Shown here: in pieces, positions 21,260-31,080 of the stretch
How the letters are laid out: the number at the start of each line of letters is the position of its first letter
How positions within the stretch are numbered: the stretch's first letter is position 1
Origin: an uncultured Armatimonadetes bacterium
GTDB taxonomy: Bacteria; Armatimonadota; UBA5829; DTJY01
Direction of reading: 5' to 3'
DNA: 64,000 nucleotides
NCBI GenBank assembly: GCA_963717145.1
Contig: OY970325.1
Coordinates: 2,912,001-2,976,000, forward strand
The notes under the pieces: model-generated
Told to the model about the DNA's origin: nothing
Database searches by the model: none
Seen by the model: only the letters and a program-made list of their open reading frames with translations
Translations under genes and position numbers: made by a program

Positions 21260-21311
21260 ATTGTAGGAGTCCTGAGCAGGGATTGTCAAGACTGCGGCAT
21301 GGTGGTAGACT
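21260..21311. promoter_or_regulatory. Back-to-back divergent promoters with overlapping -35 boxes
   Basis: Minus: TTGACA(21289-21284)-N18-TACAAT(21265-21260). Plus: TTGTCA(21283-21288)-N17-TAGACT(21306-21311). Confidence 0.55.
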
Positions 21312-21329
21312 TGCTGGTGGTGACCGGTG

Positions 21330-21611
21330 ATGCCCGAGTTCATAGGCGAGAAGATCGAGGTCGAGAAGAGCGAGAGATCGCCGACGCCGGTGAGCTTCAC
21401 CTGGCGCGGCGAGACATATCAGGTCGCCGAGGTGCTGGAGGAGTGGGTCGATACCGGCTACGGCACGGCTCGCGAAAAGAGCCGGAAGTGGTTCACCCGC
21501 CGGCACCGCAGGTACTACGTCGTCCGCTGCACCACGGGTGAGACCTTCGAGATGTACCTCGACTACGCGGACCGGAGCAAACCCCAGTGGTGGCTCGTGG
21601 AAAAACGCTAG
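21330..21611 (+). CDS. DUF6504-like small protein
   Basis: PVSFTWRGETYQVAEVLEEW...RRYYVV...W pattern. Confidence 0.7.
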   Translation: MPEFIGEKIEVEKSERSPTPVSFTWRGETYQVAEVLEEWVDTGYGTAREKSRKWFTRRHRRYYVVRCTTGETFEMYLDYADRSKPQWWLVEKR

Positions 21612-21820
21612 CCGTTCGTTGCCCGTGATTCGCGCTTCAATCTCCGACGCCTGATCAGCCAGCGGATGCCGGTCACGATGTCGAATATAAGGATAGGTAG
21701 CCACAGCCACCAGCCGATCAAAGCTCCGACAACCAGCGCAACGAGACCCCCAATCGCGATGAGGAACGATCCCGCAATCCCGAATGCTATTCCCTTCAGC
21801 ACTCCTTGAGGTTCGGACAT
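21608..21820 (-). CDS. Small two-TM membrane protein
   Basis: Two hydrophobic segments and a basic C-terminus; GGAG before ATG. Confidence 0.55.
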   Translation of the reverse strand: MSEPQGVLKGIAFGIAGSFLIAIGGLVALVVGALIGWWLWLPILIFDIVTGIRWLIRRRRLKRESRATNG

Positions 21821-21906
21821 CTCCTGCCAGCCTAACCAATACGGCGTTTCGGACAGTCGAGAACATCATTCGACAGCGAGGATCATCCACCTCTTTCGGC
21901 GGGAGA

Positions 21907-22815
21907 TCAGGGCGACTTCCAAATCGTGACGTTGTCCTTGTCCGAAGTGCGGACGTACGGTACGCCATCATCGCCGATCAGCATGCTCGCGGCCGGATTC
22001 CCGTTCTCGTGAGCGATGGCCAATGTCGGATCGGTGCCATAGAGCAGCAGGCCGATCTGCGTCTTGCTCTGATCGTTCTGGAGCAACAGCGACAGATCGG
22101 TATCAGCAGTGAACCCCAGGAATGCGGCCATATTGCTTTGTTGAGATTCCAGTATGAGATTCGGCTGCTCCCCACCAGTCGATATCTGTGCGAGTATCTT
22201 CCCATCGGCATTTGTCATCTGCAGGAGCGGCGCACCACCCTCCATCAGCGAATAAGATGCGCGTGCCTTTCCGGCCGTATCCCAGAGACTCAACATGGGA
22301 AGCGATCCCTCGACGTGGAGAGCCAACTTCGCTCCGTCCTCCTTGCCGTCGTTGAGGATGAAGAACGGCTCATCCTCCAGAGTCAGCAACGTACCACGCT
22401 CCCCCCCGGTCGAGTCCCGCACGGTGACCAACGGGTTATCTTCGGAATCGACGCGCACATCGGCCCGAATCGTGCCCTTGGAGTCGAACACGGCGATTCC
22501 ATAGTCACCCTCAACTGTCCCGGCCGTGACTCTCGCGTTCCCCGCGGCGTCGAGCACCTTGATCTCGCCGTTCGAGCCGACGAGCACCTTCGGTTTGCCC
22601 TCCTTGTCAAGGAGCTTCAACAGTGTTGTGCCGTCGTCTGATACGCCGAGCCAGGCCCGGGTCTTCCCGGCGGGGTCGGTCAGTTCGAACGTCTGCGCCC
22701 GGACGACCTTCGGGATCGTCGGTGCAGGCGTCGGTTTCGCGGCTGGTGGTTTGGTTGCCGCGAAAGATGAACTCGTTAGGAGCGTTATGCATAGAAGGCA
22801 TCTGAAGCGCAACAT
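21907..22815 (-). CDS. Secreted repeat protein (about 22-aa L-x-L-x-D-xx-G-x-x-R repeats)
   Basis: Signal peptide MLRFRCLLCITLL; repeated units such as ELTDPAGKTRA, KLLDKEGKPKV, KVLDAAGNARV, SLWDTAGKARA. Confidence 0.75.
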   Translation of the reverse strand: MLRFRCLLCITLLTSSSFAATKPPAAKPTPAPTIPKVVRAQTFELTDPAGKTRAWLGVSDDGTTLLKLLDKEGKPKVLVGSNGEIKVLDAAGNARVTAGTVEGDYGIAVFDSKGTIRADVRVDSEDNPLVTVRDSTGGERGTLLTLEDEPFFILNDGKEDGAKLALHVEGSLPMLSLWDTAGKARASYSLMEGGAPLLQMTNADGKILAQISTGGEQPNLILESQQSNMAAFLGFTADTDLSLLLQNDQSKTQIGLLLYGTDPTLAIAHENGNPAASMLIGDDGVPYVRTSDKDNVTIWKSP

Positions 22816-22967
22816 GGCGTCCTCCAAAAACTTTGATTTGCTCACCACTCATCATCGGAGAAAATGAGGAAATGCTGGAGCGCGAGGGCTGGTCCCTACA
22901 GATGAGGGGCGTTCCTTCCGAAGAATTCTATATCGACCGATCCAGCAGTCCTGCGAAGGAGACGAAA

Positions 22968-24080
22968 GTGCTATTCCCCCCGAAGAAACGAACGGATACC
23001 AATCCTGATAAGTCCGCAGAACTCCTTGGCGAACAGAATCGCTGGTTCTGTTCGTCCGCCAGAACACTGTTATTCCTGCTGAAGGCGTTCGCGCTCGATG
23101 TGAGCGACCTGGATGTCGAGGCGTTCAAGAAGCGCATCGACAAGCTGGTCGGTCTGGTGGAAAAGGGTGAGGCCGCAAAGGACTGGAACCGCGCGCTCGA
23201 GTCCGACAATTCTTTCCTGCTGAGCCAGATCGACCGGCAGAAGAAATACCTGGAGGCGCGGGATGCGGAACTCAAGGGAGTCATCGAGTTCATGCACAAC
23301 AGCCTGATGGGGGTGATCGGTGAGGGCAATGAATTCACCGGTAAGGTGCACGAGAGCACCCTGCGGATGGAGCAGATCGCCGGCCTCGATGACATCAGGC
23401 GGATCAAGGATGGGTTGAAGTCCGAGATGAGCCAGATGCGCCAGGCCGTTCTGGAGAAGGAACAGCAGGATGCCCGTAGGATGGAGTCGCTCTCCAGGGA
23501 GATCGGCCACCTCCGATCCGACCTGGAGCAGGCGCATCAGGCGTCGATGACGGACCAGTTGACGGGCGCGAGCAATCGGCTGGCCTTCGACGGCTACATC
23601 GCGCGCTCGGTGGAGCGATACGTCCTGTCGGGGACGAGGTTCTCGCTGCTGATGTGCGATCTCGACGATTTCAAGATGATCAACGACTCCTACGGCCACA
23701 AGGAAGGCGACTGCGTGCTGAAGGCGTTCGTCCAGGAATGCCGGGCGCTGCTCGATGGCGAGGATGTTCTCGCGCGGTACGGCGGGGAGGAATTCACCCT
23801 GCTTCTCCCGGGCGCATCGCTGGGCAAGGCGTTGAAGAAGGCGCAGAAGATATGCTCGAAGATCGCATCGAATCGCTACCTGACGGAGACTCAGGGGACG
23901 AGTTGCGTGCTCGCGTTCACGACGAGCATCGGGGTAGCTGAGGTCCGACCGAACGACACGGTTGGGGCACTGCTGGAGCGCGCGGACCAGGCGCTCTACA
24001 TGGCCAAGCGCACCGGCAAGAACCGCGCGGTCTCCGAGCGCGACCTCCCCACCGACGAAACGGTCCAGAAGGCGGCATAG
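22968..24080 (+). CDS. Diguanylate cyclase (coiled coil + GGDEF)
   Basis: TDQLTGASNR, DLDDFK.IND.YGH..GD, RYGGEEF; GTG start after AAGGAG (ORF is open from 22833). Confidence 0.92.
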   Translation: MLFPPKKRTDTNPDKSAELLGEQNRWFCSSARTLLFLLKAFALDVSDLDVEAFKKRIDKLVGLVEKGEAAKDWNRALESDNSFLLSQIDRQKKYLEARDAELKGVIEFMHNSLMGVIGEGNEFTGKVHESTLRMEQIAGLDDIRRIKDGLKSEMSQMRQAVLEKEQQDARRMESLSREIGHLRSDLEQAHQASMTDQLTGASNRLAFDGYIARSVERYVLSGTRFSLLMCDLDDFKMINDSYGHKEGDCVLKAFVQECRALLDGEDVLARYGGEEFTLLLPGASLGKALKKAQKICSKIASNRYLTETQGTSCVLAFTTSIGVAEVRPNDTVGALLERADQALYMAKRTGKNRAVSERDLPTDETVQKAA

Positions 24081-24100
24081 CAGAGCCTGACCAAAAAGAC

Positions 24101-25255
24101 TCACTTGCTCCAATGGCGTTCGATGCGTCCAGGCCCTGACCTGGCTAGATCGCCCAACCGGTTCGGCCCTCGGTAGATGCTGCGGCAGATCCGCTTCGCA
24201 GGCTGTGCATGCTGCGACAGCGCGGCCGCTCCAACCCCGGCCCCGAACCCAACCCATCCCTTCAAGACCAAGTCAGTCAGCACACCAACACCCATCGACA
24301 CTGCCATCTCAAGCCATCTCTCCACATGCTTGGGGTGGACTCTGACGTCAGCCTTCGCTGCTGAGTCGACCGCGGACGCAAGGGCAACGCCATCGTATTC
24401 CTTTGGCGACAGGTCGATCATCTGTGCCTGCGCTAACTGGCGCAATTTCAGAGTATTCTCTGCCCAACACGCGATGCGGCACTCCAAAGTCCTCTCCGCA
24501 AGAGCCCCGGATATGGCTATGCTCGAGAGGTACCACTCCACGTTCGAGACTTCGAACGCCTTCCCTGGGCGGGACTCAAGTCTGGGCAGCACACTATCTC
24601 GGAGACGATGATGGACAATCTGATGAATCGATCTGTTCGCAAGGGAATCGTGGTATCGCCCACGTATCAGAGTTGATACAAGGAAGGCATCTCGCATGAT
24701 TCTAAACGCGTCATTCTCAGGCTGACTGCTGACATACCAGTGAAGCTGCTTCATATCTGAACTCAACTGGCATATCTCTTCCAGCTCGGCGACGCAGACC
24801 CCCATGACCGATGATATCTGCGTGATGAACTCGCGGTCGAACAAGCCACCCATTCTGGCAGAATGCTCCATCCACGCGCAACGTATGGCGTTATCCATCC
24901 AGTTGGGGAAGCTGATCTCTTCCGCTTTGATCTTCTCAAGAACAGTTCGTATCATCGGGTATCGACGATTCGCCCATTGCTTGGTACTCCGCAACGCCCA
25001 TCTTTGGTCTTCCACACTGGGCGTAACACGAACAATGGACCCCGACAGTGCCCGGAGCAGCTGCTCGTAGGTTCCTGATGCCGGGCCTTCCTTGCTTGGA
25101 GCCGACGCTAATCCCAGGCTGTGCGTGCTGATCAGCGCACACGTTACTTCCACGGCGGTGCACCACGCCCAGGGATCGCATGCTGATGTCTGATCACTCC
25201 TCAGCGCCCGCATTACCTCATCCATGGATGCACCGTCAATCCACCCTTCGCTCAT
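24101..25255 (-). CDS. Hypothetical protein in an AT-richer island
   Basis: 384-aa ORF with GGAGG RBS, atypical codon usage, C-terminal Gly-rich hydrophobic segment; no family recognised. Confidence 0.65.
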   Translation of the reverse strand: MSEGWIDGASMDEVMRALRSDQTSACDPWAWCTAVEVTCALISTHSLGLASAPSKEGPASGTYEQLLRALSGSIVRVTPSVEDQRWALRSTKQWANRRYPMIRTVLEKIKAEEISFPNWMDNAIRCAWMEHSARMGGLFDREFITQISSVMGVCVAELEEICQLSSDMKQLHWYVSSQPENDAFRIMRDAFLVSTLIRGRYHDSLANRSIHQIVHHRLRDSVLPRLESRPGKAFEVSNVEWYLSSIAISGALAERTLECRIACWAENTLKLRQLAQAQMIDLSPKEYDGVALASAVDSAAKADVRVHPKHVERWLEMAVSMGVGVLTDLVLKGWVGFGAGVGAAALSQHAQPAKRICRSIYRGPNRLGDLARSGPGRIERHWSK

Positions 25256-25444
25256 GGTTCATCCTCCGTCTAAGAGCATCTGGGCCAACACGACACGTTG
25301 TACTGAGCGCGGCGAATGATGCCACCAACCGGCATGCTGTGGCACCCTAGTACTCACATTCCCCGCTTCTCCTGATCTCATATCGGAACTACACCGATGA
25401 GTAGGGTTGGAGGCATCTGCCGGCTCTCCACCCACCAAGCATCG

Positions 25445-26368
25445 TCACGGATGCTCTAGGCGCGAGCGAATGGATGTCCACAGCCAAACTGGTAGTTCCG
25501 GATTCGCGGAGAGAATGCTTGCGATGTCACCTGGATTCATCGCCAGCACCGTACGTTCGCCAGAATGCTTCCTTATCCAATCCGAAGCTGGCTTAGTCAG
25601 GCCGGAAATGGAGATCAGCAATCCCGCCACGATTGGCGGCCTGTCAAGAAGCTTGCCCCAGAAGTCCCGTACCTGCGAACATGATACAGGTGAGCTATGC
25701 CACCGTGCCTCGCCGATGAAGAGCGTAGCACCGTACCAGAAGGAGAAATCGACTTGCTCGACCTCATTCCTCACGTCAAGGGTTGGGGACATGCCGTACA
25801 GATCCAGCAGCGCGACCATCCAGCGCTCGAACTCTTTTCCGCGCTCCTGCGGAGTACGATGGCTCGCTTGCATATCCTCCAGTTGTGCCCTAAGGATGAG
25901 CAGGCCCTGTTGACGCTGTTCAGCCTGGAATCTCTCCAAAGCAGCTTCGTGCTCCTTATGTTTTATCAGTTCAAAGTATCCTTCGTAGCTTAGATGCTGA
26001 TTGAACAATGCGAAGTCCCTGCATTGACGAGCAGACAGAACTGCATGACGAAGCGATCTGAGACCGTCCTCATCGCTGGCCGTTTGAACAAACTCTGTGT
26101 GAGCATGAACGCGGTATCCCGCTTCATTGGTGCGTTCCGCCAGACATGTTATTCCCGTGCTTCTGCTAGCCAACGCACCTATACTGGCGGCATACTGACC
26201 ATACGTGCCATTTGTCAATGCCTCTCTGCACAGTGCCGGCAGAACCTCTGGTATTGTGTAGACAGACATACCGCCGGAACGGATCTCCGTGTAGTAGTAG
26301 CCAAGATGATGGCAGGCTATGCAGTTGATATCCTGCTGATTCATTGTATCCTCACTTGAGCATGGCAC
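25445..26368 (-). CDS. Protein with C-terminal Mrr-like PD-(D/E)xK restriction endonuclease domain
   Basis: RGKEFERWM...EQVDFSF...IGEARWHSSPV...GLLISISG; start may be 26344. Confidence 0.75.
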   Translation of the reverse strand: MPCSSEDTMNQQDINCIACHHLGYYYTEIRSGGMSVYTIPEVLPALCREALTNGTYGQYAASIGALASRSTGITCLAERTNEAGYRVHAHTEFVQTASDEDGLRSLRHAVLSARQCRDFALFNQHLSYEGYFELIKHKEHEAALERFQAEQRQQGLLILRAQLEDMQASHRTPQERGKEFERWMVALLDLYGMSPTLDVRNEVEQVDFSFWYGATLFIGEARWHSSPVSCSQVRDFWGKLLDRPPIVAGLLISISGLTKPASDWIRKHSGERTVLAMNPGDIASILSANPELPVWLWTSIRSRLEHP

Positions 26369-26651
26369 TGCTCATCGCGCGGCCAGAGCGAATCCAGCAC
26401 TAGCTTGGGCTGCCACAGACCCAAGAACACTAGCGTGCCGACTATTCCGTGCCAGACTCCTGAAATGCATCTGGCAATACATTCTGCGACAGTCACTCCT
26501 ACTTCCCCTCCGTCCGTGATGGTACGAACCGCCAACTTGTCTCGTACCAACCGGCTTGTGCACCTGCGCCATGGGGACGAGACCGGCGCGAGAAGGCGTG
26601 GTCCCTCGGGTCAGGAGGGACGTTCGACCTCCTGCACGCGATCGCACACGT

Positions 26652-26848
26652 CTATCTTCCCCTGGTCGTCTCACGCATCGCCTTCATGATCTCCGTGCGC
26701 TGGGGCTCAGGGCGGAGGTCGATGTAGTCCGCATGCCGGAAGAATATCTGGCGGGCGCCGACCTCCGGGGGCGAGGCCGAACTCGCCGGCCAACTCCTCC
26801 GGCGAGTTCGGGACCCAGCAGCAGATCCGGAAATGCGCACAGCCCATG
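26652..26848 (-). pseudogene. Degenerate copy of the 3' end of the GHL10-like gene (27970-29199)
   Basis: 26683-26732 matches 28001-28050 at 46/50 nt; encodes ADYIDLRPEPQRTEIMKAM versus ADYIDLRPEPQRGEIMKVM; frameshifted upstream. Confidence 0.85.
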
Positions 26849-26859
26849 CGATGTAGACT

Positions 26860-27933
26860 CTACGGATTCTCCCCGGTCTTTGTGCCCAGGTACTTGCGGC
26901 TGAAGTCGATATTCAGCTCGATCCACATCGGCAGGTGATCGGACATCTGGTAGCTACGCCATTCCTTGAAGGTTCCTCCCGGCCACTCACCAGGGGCGAG
27001 CGTCTTCCTCTCGCTCTCGGGCTTCTCCAACTGCTTCGCTTCGTAAGCCGCCCGGGCCTCCGCCAGGTATACCGCCTCATCATCCTTCTTGTAGACCGTG
27101 TCATAGTAGTTGAAGACACCCGCCTTGCCGCTGAACTCCAACGTCATCGGGTTCGGCATGAACGCGATCTGGTCATAGTGCTTGTTCTTGTCCACGTTCG
27201 AGCCGGGTATCTCCTTTAGCGCGTCGGGAATCTTGAAGTTGTTGTCAGTGATCGCCGTCATGGTGGCATCCTTGACTGAGAAGATGTTGAAATCGCCGAG
27301 GAGCACCATATTCTCCTCCATCTTCGCCTGATCGAGCGCTCGCTTGGAGATGAATTGGGCCAGGTTCTTGATCTCCGCCACGCGCTTAGGATCCTCGGGA
27401 TCGCTCTTACCATAGATGATGTGGACCGTGCAGAGATTGAACTTCGACCAGCCGGCCTTGAAGCCGCAGAGGAACGGGGTTCGTGCAAACTGCACGGCGG
27501 GCACCTTCTTGATCGGCGGCATCACGATCTCGCCTGCAAGTCCCGAGAACCGGACCTTCCGATTGTCATAGAGGAACGCCAACCGCTCGCCATTTCCCTC
27601 CGCGCCCGCGCAGACATCCGTTACAACGTGATCCCACCAACTGCCAAGAATGCTCTTGACCCGCTTCAATGCCTTCAGGTCATCCCGAACCTCCTGGACG
27701 GCCACCAGGTCGAAGTGCGAGATGATCTCCGCGATGTAGTAGAGCGACTCGTCGGTCCGCGGGCCGTACTTGGCGGTATCGAACTCACGGATGTTCCAGG
27801 TGGCGAGGAGCAGTGTGTCAGACAGGTTGCGCTTCGGTATCGCCTTGTCCAGCACGTCCCGCAGGGCAGTCAGTCCCTTTGCGGTGCGTTTTCCCTGTTC
27901 AGTCGTTTCGTCGATCTCGTAGTAAAACGGCAT
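26860..27933 (-). CDS. Endonuclease/exonuclease/phosphatase (DNase I-like) family protein
   Basis: ATWNIREF, DLVAVQEV, LLGDFN, YDQI, SDHLP. Confidence 0.92.
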   Translation of the reverse strand: MPFYYEIDETTEQGKRTAKGLTALRDVLDKAIPKRNLSDTLLLATWNIREFDTAKYGPRTDESLYYIAEIISHFDLVAVQEVRDDLKALKRVKSILGSWWDHVVTDVCAGAEGNGERLAFLYDNRKVRFSGLAGEIVMPPIKKVPAVQFARTPFLCGFKAGWSKFNLCTVHIIYGKSDPEDPKRVAEIKNLAQFISKRALDQAKMEENMVLLGDFNIFSVKDATMTAITDNNFKIPDALKEIPGSNVDKNKHYDQIAFMPNPMTLEFSGKAGVFNYYDTVYKKDDEAVYLAEARAAYEAKQLEKPESERKTLAPGEWPGGTFKEWRSYQMSDHLPMWIELNIDFSRKYLGTKTGENP

Positions 27934-27969
27934 GTCGAATTCCCCTTTCGTCTTGGATTTTCTTACCGA

Positions 27970-29199
27970 TTACCTTATTAGTGATGAATCATGCATCACC
28001 TTCATGATCTCCCCGCGCTGGGGCTCGGGGCGGAGGTCGATGTAGTCGGCCTCCCAGAAGAGCATCTGGCGCACACCGAGCTTCCGGGCGAGGGCGAGGT
28101 CGCGCTCGAACTCCGCCGCCGTGTTCGGTACCCAGCAGTAGAGCCAGAGGGGGATGCGCCCCTCGGTCTCCTCCTCGAGGTCGCGGTATCCCGACTCCGG
28201 GGTCCCGCCGCCCGTGTAGTATCCGGCGGCGACCAGGGTATCGACGAGCCCCTCGCGCGCCCAGGTGCGGACATCGCACAGGATCCCACGAAGCGAGCCA
28301 TCGACCGCCCCACCCTCTTCGGGCCGCCCCCGATATCCCCACCGATGATGCACCATTGCGGCGAGCGTCACCCCCTTGTGCTTCTTCACCTCGGCGCGGA
28401 CCGACCGCATGTATTCGGTGATCGGCTCGGCGCGGCATTTCACCCATCGGTAGTCGCCGTTATCGACCTCATGCGGATCGACCCCATACTTCTTCTTGAA
28501 CGCAGCGATATTCGGCGACTCATAGCCATAGTTCGCCACTCCCGCGTCGTTCTGCGGGTTGTCGCGGATGTCGCCGGTGCGGATCCAGTCCAGGAAGATG
28601 CCATCGACATCGTAGGCGAGGATCTCCTTGACGAGCGCGAGCTTGTGGGCGCGGACCTCGGGGAAGGCGAAGCTCAGTTGGGAGTGATACGGGCGGCCGT
28701 CGCGCCGGACCCAGCGGAACTCGGGATGCGCAAGGGTGAATCGGGACTCCCAGCCCCAGCCGTGGTCATCCTCGTTGATCGACATCCAGGCGTGAATCTC
28801 GAGCCCGAGTTCGTGGCCGATCTTGATCGCATCTTTGAGCGAATCGTAGCCGGTGTAATCGAGCTTCTGCAGGCGGGCGACGACATCCGCCGACACCATG
28901 TAGGCCAAATCGCCGGATGTATGGCAATTGAGATCAGGGCTGGTGTCGCCCTTCATCGGGTCCAGAAGTTTGCTCGCATAGGTGGCCTTCCCGGCATCGA
29001 AGACGCGCCAGTAGACCCGCGTCCATCCCGACGCCTTGCACTGCTCGAGCATGTGCCGCACGCCCTCCGACCCCCAAGCGGGCTGATTGGCATGCACCAT
29101 CCAGTCGGAATGCGTGAGCGGCGAGGAGAGCACGATCGGCTTCTCCTCGGCATGGACGGTCGCGCAAAAGGCGATGAGCATGACAAGTATGTACCTCAT
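27970..29199 (-). CDS. Secreted glycoside hydrolase-like 10 (TIM barrel) protein
   Basis: Signal peptide MRYILVMLIAF; HELGLEIHAW, HPEF, PEVR, YDVDGIFLDWIR. Confidence 0.8.
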   Translation of the reverse strand: MRYILVMLIAFCATVHAEEKPIVLSSPLTHSDWMVHANQPAWGSEGVRHMLEQCKASGWTRVYWRVFDAGKATYASKLLDPMKGDTSPDLNCHTSGDLAYMVSADVVARLQKLDYTGYDSLKDAIKIGHELGLEIHAWMSINEDDHGWGWESRFTLAHPEFRWVRRDGRPYHSQLSFAFPEVRAHKLALVKEILAYDVDGIFLDWIRTGDIRDNPQNDAGVANYGYESPNIAAFKKKYGVDPHEVDNGDYRWVKCRAEPITEYMRSVRAEVKKHKGVTLAAMVHHRWGYRGRPEEGGAVDGSLRGILCDVRTWAREGLVDTLVAAGYYTGGGTPESGYRDLEEETEGRIPLWLYCWVPNTAAEFERDLALARKLGVRQMLFWEADYIDLRPEPQRGEIMKVMHDSSLIR

Positions 29200-30396
29200 G
29201 GCTGACGGACCGTGAAGGCGTAAACCTCGCCACGGCAGACGCCGAGGACCATCGAGTTGCCCATTGCCGCCAGCGAGATGAAGAGGTTGCCCGGAACCGC
29301 GTAGGTCCAGAGTGGCGCGCCGGTATGGGCATCGAGCGCGTAGATCTTCGAGCCGGGGACGAAGAGCGCGCCATTGAGCAGCGGCATCGGTGTCGGGGCT
29401 GATGCGTATGGCGTGTCGGCAGCCCACTTCTGGTCACCGGTCGAGGTGTCGAAGGCATAGACCTTGTTGTCACCGGGGCAGACGTATACGTACTCGCCGG
29501 CGGTCACCGGTGAGTCGCCATACGAGCCAACCGGCGCGGGCTTCTTCCACTTGATCCCGTGTGTGGCCGCATCATAGGCGTAGAGCATCCCGTTCGCCAG
29601 CCAGAAGACCTTGCCGTCCTTGACCATCGGCGAGGTCGCACGGGCGGACACCGGATTGAGGTTCCACTTCGGCGTTCCCTTGACCGCATCGACCGCATAG
29701 ATGCCCTTCGAGGAGCCGGTGTAGACGATGCCGCCCTCGATGGTCGGGTAGCTCGGCGTGCCCTTGTCGGTGGCGGACCATCGAGAGCGCACCCGTCCTG
29801 ACATCGACCGCGAAAACCGCATCCGTGCCGGTCCCATAGACCGCGTCGCCGGCGACCGTCAGCGTCCCGACCCTCGCGCACGGTACGCTCTTCTGCCAGC
29901 GCCGGTTGCCCGTGGGGAGATCGAACGCGGAGAGAGTCCCCCAGCCCGGGGAGACATACACGCATCCGTTCCCGACCCTGGGCAGGCTGTAAGTCTGGAC
30001 GACATTGCTCCCACCGGGCGTGGTGAGGGTGAGCGTCCATCGGATGCTGCCGTCCCTGGGATTGAGCGCCTGGAGCTTGCTGATGACCTCGCCGGTATCG
30101 CTGTTCGTCGTCGTCGAGGAGGCGACCACCAGCCCAGTGGACTGATCGACGTCGATCTGAGGCGCAGTCGTCACGCCCGCGCCAACCTCGACCAGTTTCG
30201 TGTGCCAGACCATGGTCAACTTCGAGGCGTTGGCGGCCCCGATCTCGGGGTATTCGGGCTTCACGAGTGGCAGAGTCAGGCCGGGAATCCGTATCGGCTT
30301 CTTCGGAACGGTGATCCGCCCAACCGCGAACGCCCGGTTCCCGGCGCATAGCACCACGGTACCTGCCAGTAGCACAAGCAGCCATCTGGTTCGCAT
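29196..30396 (-). pseudogene. PQQ-like beta-propeller (BamB-like repeats), one frameshift near 29783
   Basis: ORF 29572-30396 (signal peptide, ALN..DG...W repeats) continues in ORF 29196-29837 (AVD..KG..KW repeats); removing one base joins them. Confidence 0.8.
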
Positions 30397-30409
30397 TCCT
30401 ACCTACCTC

Positions 30410-30718
30410 TTATTCCCTTTCTGATTGATGCCTCGCCGCAGCCTTATCAAGCGCCTCAATCACGTTCCTATAGACCTCACTTCTGTGCCCGACTTTGGCT
30501 ATGACGACGGCATCGTCCTTCATGACAAGATACACTATGCGGTAATCACCGACCCGGACACGATAGCCATACTTGGCCTCGGCAATCTTCTCAGCCCCTG
30601 GTTGATAGGGATCGTCTTGGAGTGCAAGGATCCTCTCAAACAGCGCCGTCTTAACGTCACGAGCAAGCTTCTTCATCTGCTTCCTGGCGCTGTTTGAGAT
30701 CACGACACGATAGGCCAT
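30410..30718 (-). CDS. RelE/ParE-family toxin
   Basis: YRVVISNSARKQMKKL, YRVRVGDYRIVY, VGHRSEVY. Confidence 0.92.
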   Translation of the reverse strand: MAYRVVISNSARKQMKKLARDVKTALFERILALQDDPYQPGAEKIAEAKYGYRVRVGDYRIVYLVMKDDAVVIAKVGHRSEVYRNVIEALDKAAARHQSERE

Positions 30719-30993
30719 GGGTACTCTATATCCCCAACTCGTCTTTCAGTTGATCGAGAGATATGGTCTCGCCAGACCTTATACTCCTTGGCGGCCTGAC
30801 GAATGGCAGCGATATCGGTCTCATTCTCTATGCTCTTGACAAATTGCTCGAGTAGCTCAAAGTCGGCGATCGAGATCACTACAGCCACGCCCTTGCCATG
30901 CCTGGTCAACACCGTCGGCTCATTTCGATATGCGGCACGATTCAGGATGTCACTTAGTTCAGTTCTAGCCTTCTCAGCGGAAACGGTTGTCAT
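30700..30993 (-). CDS. Phd/YefM-family antitoxin
   Basis: VSAEKARTELSDILNRA...VLTRHGKGVAVVIS. Confidence 0.9.
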   Translation of the reverse strand: MTTVSAEKARTELSDILNRAAYRNEPTVLTRHGKGVAVVISIADFELLEQFVKSIENETDIAAIRQAAKEYKVWRDHISRSTERRVGDIEYPWPIVS

Positions 30994-31032
30994 CGTGGTC
31001 TCTCCCTGTATAATCCGTAGGTTCTGTTATAT

Positions 31033-31077
31033 CTGTACAGTCTGTCTAATGATACCACGATCCGCTCGAATCTGCAA
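31033..31077 (-). promoter_or_regulatory. phd-relE promoter with CTGTACAG operator-like palindrome
   Basis: Minus strand TTGCAG(31077-31072)-N17-TATCAT(31054-31049); palindrome ctgtacag at 31033-31040. Confidence 0.6.
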
Positions 31078-31080
31078 ACA

